This document shows positions 1 through 8,077 of a DNA stretch of 24,366 nucleotides, one piece after another. Within the stretch, counting starts at the first letter, position 1, and every line of letters begins with the position of its first letter. The stretch spans positions 1-24,366 of the forward strand of contig JBHLLT010000034.1 of the NCBI GenBank assembly GCA_048938855.1. Reading direction: 5' to 3'. Both the position numbers and the translations under genes were made by a program. The notes beneath the pieces were generated by a model. It was given only the letters and a program-made list of their open reading frames with translations. It was not told the origin of the DNA and searched no databases. Origin of the DNA: Promethearchaeota archaeon (lineage in GTDB: Archaea > Asgardarchaeota > Lokiarchaeia > Sigyniarchaeales > SOKP01).

Positions 1-1062
1 AGTAATTTAGGTTCAAAATTTTATTTTCCTGAGCAAGCTTCTTTTCATGATGCAGTCATTTCAGAAAAGAAAGTACTTCAAGACCCTTTAAATACCAAAA
101 ATAATCTAGCTGAAGAATTAATTACTGAGATAAACCAGCATAAAGAAATTCAACCTACTTTCGGGCGTATTCGTGTTCATATTGATAATATCTCTTTAAG
201 AAATAGTACTGGTCTCGATTTGTCCAATATAAAAACTTATTTTTTTGTAGAATTCTCTTTGAAAGCTCAAAAAGAGGGAAAATTATCAGAATACTGGCCT
301 TTTTTATTTATTAAAGATAAAGATCAATTAAATTTTCCAGAAAGAGTAGATCAATGGGCAAAACTAGCTCAAGATTCATTAATCGCGAAAGTACCTAAAC
401 CTAAAGAAAAAGCAACAGTTGTTTTTTCTCCACAGGTATTAAATAAAGCACTCAATCCTGTAATAGAAAATCATGCTTCAGGAAGAGCCAGTTTTCAAAA
501 AATATCTCGATTTACAATTAATCAAGAAGTAGCTTCTGAAGAAATCACTATTATAGATGATGGGTTATTAAAAGGAGGATTGCGAACCAATGGATGGGAT
601 ATTGAAGGCTCACCGCGTCAAAAAACCGAAATAATCAAGAATGGGATTTTCCAAAACTATATTTATGATCAAAGGTATGCAATACTTTCTAATCATCGCT
701 CGACAGGAAATGCGATAAGAGATGAAAGAACAGAAATTATAGATAATGGAATAAGTAACCTTGAAATCTTACCTGGAACTATGAATTTGGATGATATTAT
801 TTCTGAAATTAATGAAGGTTATTATGTCGATCAATTTTCCTGGTTAAACCCAAGTAAATTATCAGGAGCTTTTGGCGCAGAAATCAGAAATGGATACTAT
901 ATTAAAAATGGGAAATTTGAATATCCAATCAAACTTGGCAACATTAATGGCAATGTTATCAAAATGCTTGGAGATTGTCAATACGTTTCTAAAGAACGAG
1001 AATTTTTCGAAAATTCTCTTTTTCCATACATGGTCTTTAATAATTTAACTGTATCTTCTTAA
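1..1062 (+). CDS. PmbA/TldE-family protein (TldD/PmbA metalloprotease family, non-catalytic type); 5' end lies outside the window
   Basis: Frame 1 is open from base 1 (SNLGSKFYFPEQ...), so the TTG at 220 is not the real start. C-terminal TldD/PmbA motifs are present: IIDDG, WDIEGSP..KT.IIKNG, STGNA, SNLEILPG, SGAFG, GYYIKNG. There is no HExxxH zinc motif, which points to the PmbA/TldE type. Confidence 0.85.
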   Translation, partial: SNLGSKFYFPEQASFHDAVISEKKVLQDPLNTKNNLAEELITEINQHKEIQPTFGRIRVHIDNISLRNSTGLDLSNIKTYFFVEFSLKAQKEGKLSEYWPFLFIKDKDQLNFPERVDQWAKLAQDSLIAKVPKPKEKATVVFSPQVLNKALNPVIENHASGRASFQKISRFTINQEVASEEITIIDDGLLKGGLRTNGWDIEGSPRQKTEIIKNGIFQNYIYDQRYAILSNHRSTGNAIRDERTEIIDNGISNLEILPGTMNLDDIISEINEGYYVDQFSWLNPSKLSGAFGAEIRNGYYIKNGKFEYPIKLGNINGNVIKMLGDCQYVSKEREFFENSLFPYMVFNNLTVSS

Positions 1063-1168
1063 AATACTGAAACCTCTTAACTGTTTAGTTAAATTGATTT
1101 AAATATTTGAATTTACTTTTATTTCTTACCCAAGATCTAAATAATATAGATTTATAGAGGTGAAGCTA

Positions 1169-1633
1169 TTGGGTAAAGAAGCTCAAAGCCAAGCTAAAAA
1201 ATTAGGAATGATGAGTAAACCACATTATACATTTTATTATTCACCACGGAAAGTTAAAGCCAAATTTTCAAAAATTAAGCCAGATGTGGCATATCTCATA
1301 GAAGATTGGATTACACAAATAGATGCTTCATCAATTGTAAGTGAATCTACTACTGGTGGAAGGAGTGCAAAGTTTTTCTATTTCGCACCACAAGCAAATG
1401 TATATGTTGAAATCCTTGATAAGATTTCAGGTTATCTCGCATATAGCACAGATAATCATGTAAATAAGATTGATATATATACTGACAACCAAGATTATGT
1501 AAAAGCAATTGTTCAAGGAATAAATAATATTTGGGAGGATGGTCTTATAAATAATTTAAGATATAAAAAACTCCGAAGCAAGTTTAAAGTTAGCGAAGAA
1601 GATATTGCCAATGCATGGAAATCTTTCCTTTAA
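1169..1633 (+). CDS. Hypothetical protein (~154 aa)
   Basis: Open frame filling the gap between genes. The GTG at 1160 lies inside a GAGGTGA Shine-Dalgarno-like sequence placed 5 nt before TTG 1169, so 1169 (MGKEAQ...) is the more likely start. No recognisable motif. Confidence 0.7.
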   Translation: MGKEAQSQAKKLGMMSKPHYTFYYSPRKVKAKFSKIKPDVAYLIEDWITQIDASSIVSESTTGGRSAKFFYFAPQANVYVEILDKISGYLAYSTDNHVNKIDIYTDNQDYVKAIVQGINNIWEDGLINNLRYKKLRSKFKVSEEDIANAWKSFL

Positions 1634-1637
1634 GAAC

Positions 1638-1660
1638 TGAATTTAATTAAAATAAATTCA
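1638..1660. terminator. Possible terminator hairpin between convergent genes
   Basis: TGAATTTA-N7-TAAATTCA inverted repeat in the 39-bp gap between two convergent stop codons. It is AT-only apart from one GC pair, so it is weak. Confidence 0.25.
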
Positions 1661-1672
1661 TCCAAATTATTA

Positions 1673-2908
1673 TTATTTTTTTTCTTTTTTCTCAAGCTCA
1701 ATCTCTATTAAATTATATTCTCGTGAACCTAAGCCAATTTTCTCAGCTAATTCTAGTTGTATATTCCAATGTTTTGATTCTTTTCCGTTAGGATTATAAT
1801 CCATTTCACCTGATTCAGGATTAAAGCGAGGAGTATGTGAAAGCCATTCAAAAGGACCTTGAGATGGAATGTTTTTTACATCAGAAAGAATTGAATGTGG
1901 ACTTATCGAAGATTTATGAATAAGATCTATAGTTGCCTGATCTAATGCTACAGGGTCTAAGGATACTAAAACACCAATATCTGGAACAAAAGGAATGTCC
2001 GACCCTCCTGTACAGTCACATTGATAGGTTACATCTATAGCATAATTTATATAAAAGATCTTATCTTCTCCGAAATAATCAACTACCCCCTTGGCATTAT
2101 CTACCATATGAGTTATAAATTCTTCTCGAGTTGCACTCCCTAAGTTAATAACCTTATTCTTACATACTGAAGCACACATATAGCAAAATCTACATTTTTC
2201 CTCCTCGAAAATTAATTTATTATTGTTATCTTTGGATAAGGCTTTTGGAGGGCAAATGTTGACACAATTTTTACAATCGGGATTACAATTATCGAAATTA
2301 AATTCAAAAGTTTTGCCAGTATGAGCTTCAACTTTCCCACCCTTCGAAACACATCCAATTCCTAAATTTTTTATAGAACCACCAAAACCTGCGCCTGCAT
2401 GACCTTTAAAATGAGTTGCTAGTATCATATAATTAAATTCTCTTAATCTTCCAGCGACTAATACCTCCTTAAATCGATTTCCATCGATTTTTTGTAATTC
2501 TATATCAGTTCCATCTTTTCCATCTAACATCAGCATTGAAGCACCCATGGTCTCCTCTGTAAATCCATGTATTAAGGCAGTTTTTAGATATTCCTCTTCA
2601 GTTGCTCTACCAGAATACTCAGTATGAGTACCAGAAATACTTTCTGGGATACCCCATCCACATGATTCTGCCACAGACGGGATTCCGCCAATTTCTTTAA
2701 CATAATCACATAAAAAATGTATATAACTCGGACGGAGATATCTGGTATTTTCTAAGGCTCCAAAATGTGTTTTAATTACTACTTTATTGCCATTTTTAAT
2801 TTTTTGCTTAAATCCAAGTTTTTCTAATCCTAATACACCTTTAAATTTACTCATACTTTGTTCATGAGAGTGCGTGCGAGCAGTAAAATAAAATACGTCT
2901 GATTTCAT
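1673..2908 (-). CDS. DUF362-family Fe-S protein with an inserted 2x[4Fe-4S] ferredoxin domain
   Basis: KTHFG, HFKGH..AGFGGSIKNLGIGC, QCDC and DIG...SLDPVALDQA motifs of DUF362. Ferredoxin motifs CNPDCKNCVNICP and CRFCYMCASVC. Confidence 0.85.
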   Translation of the reverse strand: MKSDVFYFTARTHSHEQSMSKFKGVLGLEKLGFKQKIKNGNKVVIKTHFGALENTRYLRPSYIHFLCDYVKEIGGIPSVAESCGWGIPESISGTHTEYSGRATEEEYLKTALIHGFTEETMGASMLMLDGKDGTDIELQKIDGNRFKEVLVAGRLREFNYMILATHFKGHAGAGFGGSIKNLGIGCVSKGGKVEAHTGKTFEFNFDNCNPDCKNCVNICPPKALSKDNNNKLIFEEEKCRFCYMCASVCKNKVINLGSATREEFITHMVDNAKGVVDYFGEDKIFYINYAIDVTYQCDCTGGSDIPFVPDIGVLVSLDPVALDQATIDLIHKSSISPHSILSDVKNIPSQGPFEWLSHTPRFNPESGEMDYNPNGKESKHWNIQLELAEKIGLGSREYNLIEIELEKKEKK

Positions 2909-3044
2909 TTCTCAATACCATAAAAATAGTATATTTAATTCAAACAAATATCAATAGTTTAAAATTTATGTCAAAAAATATTTTAACACTAATTAATTCT
3001 ATTAATATAATATACAAACAATAATTAACTCAAAATTTTTAAAA

Positions 3045-3275
3045 ATGGCTCGTTGTCCTGAGTGTGGAGGGTTTATGAAATACCATTCAGCCATTAAGCA
3101 AATTGTTTGTCAATCTTGTGGATTATCACTAACTAGACATGAGTTAGACAGATATTGGCAAAAAGTTAGGAGTGAAAATATTACAGATTCCGATGATATG
3201 CAACAAAAGAAAAATCGGCGAAAAGAATGGTTAGATTGGTACTCTTCCTCCAAATCTGATAAAGAAAAATATTAA
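3045..3275 (+). CDS. Small Zn-ribbon protein (CxxC-x15-CxxC) with a charged helical C-terminus
   Basis: CPECGG...CQSCG at the N-terminus, RRKEWLDWY tail, ATG start after an AT-rich divergent intergenic region. Confidence 0.8.
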   Translation: MARCPECGGFMKYHSAIKQIVCQSCGLSLTRHELDRYWQKVRSENITDSDDMQQKKNRRKEWLDWYSSSKSDKEKY

Positions 3276-3372
3276 AAGTAGAAAAAATAAAGAGGTTTTA
3301 CATAATAAGTAAAACATTTTTAGACAAAATTCATAAAAAGAGTCATATTATTAAAATATTAAAGATATTGAG

Positions 3373-4566
3373 TTAACTTCTGAACTTTTTTTCAAAAATA
3401 TCTTCTAATAATTCAAGTAATTTTGCTACAGGTATATCTAATAAAGTGATTTCTAAATGTCTTCCACGTGTAGCATCTTCAATCCTTACTGTTTTAGATG
3501 CAACAATCTTTAATTGAGTAAGTTGTCGAACATACTTCCTAAAACTCATTTTAACATGAGGTTCTATTGAATAATTCTCACATATTGCATTATACTCTTC
3601 AAATGCATCATCAACTAAAGTAAATGGTTCACCTTTATCCAATAATGAACGCACAATTCCATACAAAGCTAATAATTCCTGGTCTTTTAATTGATCCACA
3701 ATATCATTTCGAAAAGTAGGATATACGTCATTAGATGCTTCTCTAATAATATCTGCAGTAAATTTATCCAAGCCTTCCTTATCACAATATGAACCACTTT
3801 TACGAATGATTTCAATACCGTGTCTCATATTTTTATGATCAACCACGATTTGAGCAATCATTGTTAATAGCTCTTCGTTTATAGCATTCTCTTTTAGTGC
3901 AAGATCACAACGGTATTGTAAAATTTGTAGAGATTCGTCAAAATTATAGGGTTTCAATATTATTTTCTCATTTAATCTGCTCAATATTCTTTCAGTTTCA
4001 ATTGTCATCCAATCCTTACTTCTTGAAATTAAAAGTAATGATAACTTAGCGTTCTGATGTCCAAAAGTCTCGGCTATATCTAAAAAGGCGAGTACTTCAT
4101 CTGGTTTTAAAAGATGTATTTCATCAATAATTAACAGCATGTATCCTTTCTCCCGAATTAATTGTGAGAGAATAAGTTTCAAGCTTTCATCATCACTGAA
4201 CCCACGTCCGCTTCCGTGTTGGTATTTGGCGAGGAGCTCCCTTATAATTTTGCTTTTAGAGCGGAAATTGATACAATTAAAATATTCTAAGAATAATTTA
4301 ACATCATTTTCAATTGCTATGGTTTTAAAATTCTTTCCGAAATAACGTGCTGTACATGTTTTTCCAACGCCTCCTTTCCCTAAGATCAAACAATTAATAG
4401 AAGGTTGCTCTTTTTCCTCCATAATTCTTCTATAATTGAATATCAATGTTTTTAGAGCTTCGTCTCGACAATATAATTTCTCTGGGACATAACTTAGATC
4501 AAGAGAACTTGCTTGTCTAAAAATCGACTTCTTCATGAATTGTTTTCTGAATTCATTCTCGTCCAT
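3373..4566 (-). CDS. cdc6: Cdc6/Orc1-type replication initiator (AAA+ ATPase plus C-terminal winged helix)
   Basis: N-terminal IF....L...YVPEKL..R, Walker A GKGGVGKT, YFNC, Walker B LLIIDEIH, RILSRL, PYN..E...IL..R, and a C-terminal wHTH with RGR. Confidence 0.93.
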   Translation of the reverse strand: MDENEFRKQFMKKSIFRQASSLDLSYVPEKLYCRDEALKTLIFNYRRIMEEKEQPSINCLILGKGGVGKTCTARYFGKNFKTIAIENDVKLFLEYFNCINFRSKSKIIRELLAKYQHGSGRGFSDDESLKLILSQLIREKGYMLLIIDEIHLLKPDEVLAFLDIAETFGHQNAKLSLLLISRSKDWMTIETERILSRLNEKIILKPYNFDESLQILQYRCDLALKENAINEELLTMIAQIVVDHKNMRHGIEIIRKSGSYCDKEGLDKFTADIIREASNDVYPTFRNDIVDQLKDQELLALYGIVRSLLDKGEPFTLVDDAFEEYNAICENYSIEPHVKMSFRKYVRQLTQLKIVASKTVRIEDATRGRHLEITLLDIPVAKLLELLEDIFEKKFRS

Positions 4567-4597
4567 AGTAATCGAGAAAATTTAGGATATTATATTG

Positions 4598-4605
4598 ATA
4601 TATAA
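4598..4605 (-). promoter_or_regulatory. Putative TATA box of cdc6
   Basis: TTATATAT on the minus strand about 32 bp upstream of the cdc6 ATG. The AT-rich context lowers its specificity. Confidence 0.35.
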
Positions 4606-4620
4606 GTAATAAAAGTACAA

Positions 4621-4648
4621 TTTAAGTATAAATTTTCTTATACTTGTT
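4621..4648. other. Candidate dif-like Xer recombination site (11-6-11)
   Basis: TTTAAGTATAA-ATTTTC-TTATACTTGTT: a perfect 8-bp inverted repeat (AAGTATAA/TTATACTT) around an asymmetric 6-bp spacer, with the ATAA-N6-TTAT core typical of dif sites. It lies 93 bp from the xerA stop codon. Confidence 0.55.
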
Positions 4649-4741
4649 AAGTTATGTTTTTTCTATAAAAAATTTTTTAATTAAATAAGAGGCTTTTTGT
4701 TTCTACTTCTTAGACTGCTTTTAAATTAAAGGTTAAAAGCT

Positions 4742-5665
4742 TTAGATTTTATTATTATTACTCAAGGGATGCATCTGGGAGTAGGATTCTTTTAATTTAG
4801 TTATATCATTTTTAGCATAAATTCGTGTTGTATTTGGACTTGAATGTCCTAAGATATCTTGTAATTCGCTGATATCCATCCCAGAACGTCTTAAATGAGT
4901 AGCTCCTGTATGTCTGAAAACATGGGGTGTGATAATCTTTGAATCTGGAAAGCCACATTTCTCTTTTATAGTTTTAATATCCGTTTGAATAACTCGGGGG
5001 CTTAATTGTTGGTTTCTGGTATTTACCAGAAGATAATCCTCAGAATCATAACTTATCCGATTTTTAAGATATTCTTCAAATATTTGTAGAGTTCTTTGAT
5101 CAACTGGAACAATTCTCTCTTTGTTTCCTTTTCCCCTGAGTCGTATATAACCTCTCTCAAAATCAATGTCTCGGATTTTTATATTACATAATTCGCTTAC
5201 TCTGGCCATTGTAGAATACAATAATCTGATAATTAAATAATAACGCTCACTCTTGCGAGAATTGAATAATTTTCTATCCTTTAATTTATTAAAAATTTTT
5301 TCCATATCAGAAATTCTTAAAAATTTGGGCAAACTCTCCTCAAGTTTGACTTTAGGAGTTTTAATGGTACTCATAGGATCTTTTTCCATAAATTCATTTA
5401 AAGTTAAAAATTTGAAATAGGATCTCAATGAAGCGATTTTTCTTCCAACCCCTTTTTTAGTATAGTTCAACTCATTCAATTTTTTTAAGAATAAGCGAAT
5501 TTTTTGGCGTAATAGGGGAGAGTTAATTTGAAGATCTCCCACAAGCTCTATAAATTTCTGAAGATCATACCGATATGCCTTAATAGTGGAGGAAGCACAT
5601 CCTTCTTCAACTTCTTTTGCAATTAAAAAATCTTCGACAAAATCAGATATTTTGTAACTTTCCAT
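4742..5665 (-). CDS. xerA: XerA/XerC/D-family tyrosine recombinase
   Basis: N-terminal core-binding domain (STIKAYRYDL..F, RKIASLRSYFKFL) and the full catalytic set: R (ARVSEL), K (GKGNKERIVP), HxxR (TPHVFRH), H (LGHSS), Y (TTRIY). Length 307 aa is typical of Xer. Confidence 0.9.
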   Translation of the reverse strand: MESYKISDFVEDFLIAKEVEEGCASSTIKAYRYDLQKFIELVGDLQINSPLLRQKIRLFLKKLNELNYTKKGVGRKIASLRSYFKFLTLNEFMEKDPMSTIKTPKVKLEESLPKFLRISDMEKIFNKLKDRKLFNSRKSERYYLIIRLLYSTMARVSELCNIKIRDIDFERGYIRLRGKGNKERIVPVDQRTLQIFEEYLKNRISYDSEDYLLVNTRNQQLSPRVIQTDIKTIKEKCGFPDSKIITPHVFRHTGATHLRRSGMDISELQDILGHSSPNTTRIYAKNDITKLKESYSQMHPLSNNNKI

Positions 5666-5734
5666 ATTATATGGAAATTATCTAGATGATACAAAATATT
5701 GTGTAATATGGAGGTATATACATCATAAAGAAAT

Positions 5735-6679
5735 TTATTTTGATAATCCTTCTCCATACCATCCTTGTTTAATATAAAGATATGCATTCATTGCAGCAGT
5801 AGTTCCCTCACCGGTCGCTGTGGTTACTTGGCGTATTCCACCAGTTACATCTCCAGCAGCATATATACCAGGAAAATTAGTTTCTTGATTTCTATTAACT
5901 TTAATAAAATCATACTCATCGAGTTCTATTCCCGCTTTTTTCGCTAAATTGCTTTCTGGATTAACACCTATTGCTATGAAAAGCGCATTTACATCAATAT
6001 TTGAAATTTCACCTGTTTCAAGGTTTTTAATTTTTAATTCTCCTAGCTTGCCATCTTTAGTTATCGCTTCTTCAATAGTGCAATTGTACATTGGTTCGAC
6101 ATTAGGTAATGAATCAACTTCATCTACAATACATGCTTCTGCCCGCATACAATGACGGCGATGAATAAGATAAACTTTTTTTGCTACCCCTGAAAGATAT
6201 ATTACCTCTAAACCAGCAGCATTACCCCCACCTACCGTTGCTACTACTTGATCTCGGAATAAAGGGCCATCACAAGTTGCACAGTAAGATATTCCATTTC
6301 CCGCTAATTCATACTCATTAGATAGTCCAAGTCTCATATGCTCTGAACCGGTAGCAATTATGATAGCTTTAGCTTTTACTTCTTTTCCATAGGATGTTAT
6401 CGTCATGTTCTTTGGATCGATCATAGAAACTTCATTAAAAAAGAAGGTAGTTCCCCATTTTTCAGCTTGTTCCCTCATCTTTTCAGTTAACTGGAAACCA
6501 TTTATACTCATAAATCCCGGATAATTTTCAATCTTTGGAGTTGTGCTTGCTAATCCCCCAAATCCTTTACCTTCATATAAAGCAGTCTTCAAACCCATCC
6601 TCCCACCATAAATTGCTGCTGTTAATCCTGCAGGACCGCCTCCAATAATTACTAGATCAAATTCATTTTCATTAGCCAA
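5735..6679 (-). CDS. trxB: Thioredoxin-disulfide reductase (NADPH-type, low molecular weight)
   Basis: IIGGGPAGLTAAIY FAD motif, IENYPG, GISYCATCDG redox motif, GGGNAA and HRR NADPH motifs, T..PGIYAAGD. TTG start preceded by a GGGGT SD-like sequence. Confidence 0.92.
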   Translation of the reverse strand: MANENEFDLVIIGGGPAGLTAAIYGGRMGLKTALYEGKGFGGLASTTPKIENYPGFMSINGFQLTEKMREQAEKWGTTFFFNEVSMIDPKNMTITSYGKEVKAKAIIIATGSEHMRLGLSNEYELAGNGISYCATCDGPLFRDQVVATVGGGNAAGLEVIYLSGVAKKVYLIHRRHCMRAEACIVDEVDSLPNVEPMYNCTIEEAITKDGKLGELKIKNLETGEISNIDVNALFIAIGVNPESNLAKKAGIELDEYDFIKVNRNQETNFPGIYAAGDVTGGIRQVTTATGEGTTAAMNAYLYIKQGWYGEGLSK

Positions 6680-6839
6680 TTTTATACCCCTATAATTAAT
6701 AGCTTATTCAAATTTGCCTATATTAATCTTAATAATGGTTTAAATTTTTTCAATTTTTTCTATAAATAAATAATTACTTTGAATTAGGAATTATTCTAAT
6801 TTGAAATGATAGGAAAAATACAGTTATTGCTATCATATT

Positions 6840-7784
6840 TTAGTCTTTTCTCAATTGCCGAAGATATTTACAGGCGTTTATTCCTGCCCGTCCACCTTCT
6901 GCTACAGCAAAGATAACTTGGAATGCTCCTCCTGTACAATCTCCTGCGGCATAAACACCTTTAAGATTTGTTTTTTGTTCCTCGTCTACTTTAATATTTC
7001 CCATATCATCTAATTCTACTCCAGCCTTCTTGAAAATAGAATTGGAGGATATATGTGATAAAATAAATAGACAACTTAATTCAAATTCTCTTATACCTTC
7101 AATATCTTCTGATTCCGGTTTAATAGGTTTACATAAAATTTTCTGAATCGTACCTTCTGAATTCGGAACAGCTTCAATAATCTCAAGATTGTCAAAAATT
7201 TCTATTCCAGCTTCTTTTATTTCATAGATTTTTTCAGGTAATTTTTTTATCCCAACATTGGTAATTATTCTTACTATACAACCCATTTGGTGAAGGACTA
7301 AAGCATCATCTAACATTTCTTCGTCATTACCATATAAATAGACTACTTTATCCTTATACATTGGTCCATCCCATAAAGCACTATAGGAAACGCCAAATCC
7401 AAGTAAACTATCCTCTCCTTTAATTAGTTCCTTCCGAGTGCCTCCCCCCGTAGCAATAATAACAACATCAGACGTAATATTTGCAGTTCTGGTTGAGGTT
7501 TTATTCACTCCCATTCCAAGCATCAGGGAAATAACATCGCTTTTAGTAATCCTTACATTCTCTGAATAACTTTCAGTGTGCGCTCTGAATTTTTCCAAAA
7601 GTTTTTTTCCTTTAATATCAATCTCTCCAGGCCAATTTTGAATTTCTTTTGTTTTTGCTAAAGCAGATGATTCTTTACCATCGAGAATTATAACATCTCT
7701 ATTAGCACGAGCACAATATATTCCTGCAGTTAACCCTGCAGGGCCACTACCAATAATAAGAATTTCACAATTTAATTCATCCAT
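6840..7784 (-). CDS. Thioredoxin-reductase-fold flavoprotein lacking CxxC (SALW) and the NADPH-binding motifs
   Basis: FAD motifs are intact (IIGSGPAGLTAG, IQNWPG, IIATG, TN.KGVYAAGD). GVSYSALWDG replaces GVSYCxxCDG, YGNDEEMLDDA replaces GGGxxA, and ITNV replaces HRR. GGGTGG SD-like sequence upstream. Confidence 0.85.
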   Translation of the reverse strand: MDELNCEILIIGSGPAGLTAGIYCARANRDVIILDGKESSALAKTKEIQNWPGEIDIKGKKLLEKFRAHTESYSENVRITKSDVISLMLGMGVNKTSTRTANITSDVVIIATGGGTRKELIKGEDSLLGFGVSYSALWDGPMYKDKVVYLYGNDEEMLDDALVLHQMGCIVRIITNVGIKKLPEKIYEIKEAGIEIFDNLEIIEAVPNSEGTIQKILCKPIKPESEDIEGIREFELSCLFILSHISSNSIFKKAGVELDDMGNIKVDEEQKTNLKGVYAAGDCTGGAFQVIFAVAEGGRAGINACKYLRQLRKD

Positions 7785-8077
7785 AGAATTCCACCCTTAG
7801 AATTATTGTATTCCTATTCTAAAATTATCTTAATTGCTTTCTTTTTAATTTTCTTCTCTGCAATTATATTAATAAAAATATTCTAATTAACTTATTACTT
7901 TGAAATAAAAATTATTTTGAATATAAATCAATTTAACAATTATAAATCAATCATTTATTTTTCTTCATAAAGCTTCAGTTTTTTCAATTTTAATAACAGC
8001 TTATTTGAAAAAATTGATATTGGCCCTTAAAAGAATAAGAAAGACTTTTTTTATTAATTTTTTTTTCTATCTAATTT

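Noticed and set aside
4139-4345. 68-aa + strand ORF
   Set aside because: Antisense shadow inside cdc6; no motifs.
4567-4741. Replication origin upstream of cdc6
   Set aside because: Short region with no recognisable repeated ORB/mini-ORB elements. AT-richness alone is uninformative in this genome.
4742-5665. Tyrosine recombinase as the integrase of an intact provirus or island
   Set aside because: No adjacent tRNA, direct att repeats, or viral/plasmid genes were seen. The neighbours are housekeeping genes and the protein looks like a standard Xer.
5765-6155. Two short + strand ORFs (60 and 68 aa)
   Set aside because: Antisense to trxB, with Ser/Ile-rich shadow composition.
6782-6836. Two hairpins after the SxxW TrxR paralogue (ATGATAG/CTATCAT and AATTAG/CTAATT), considered as a SECIS relic
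   Set aside because: The AUGA is Watson-Crick paired rather than forming the GA/GA quartet, and the gene has no in-frame TGA. At most a terminator or processing hairpin.
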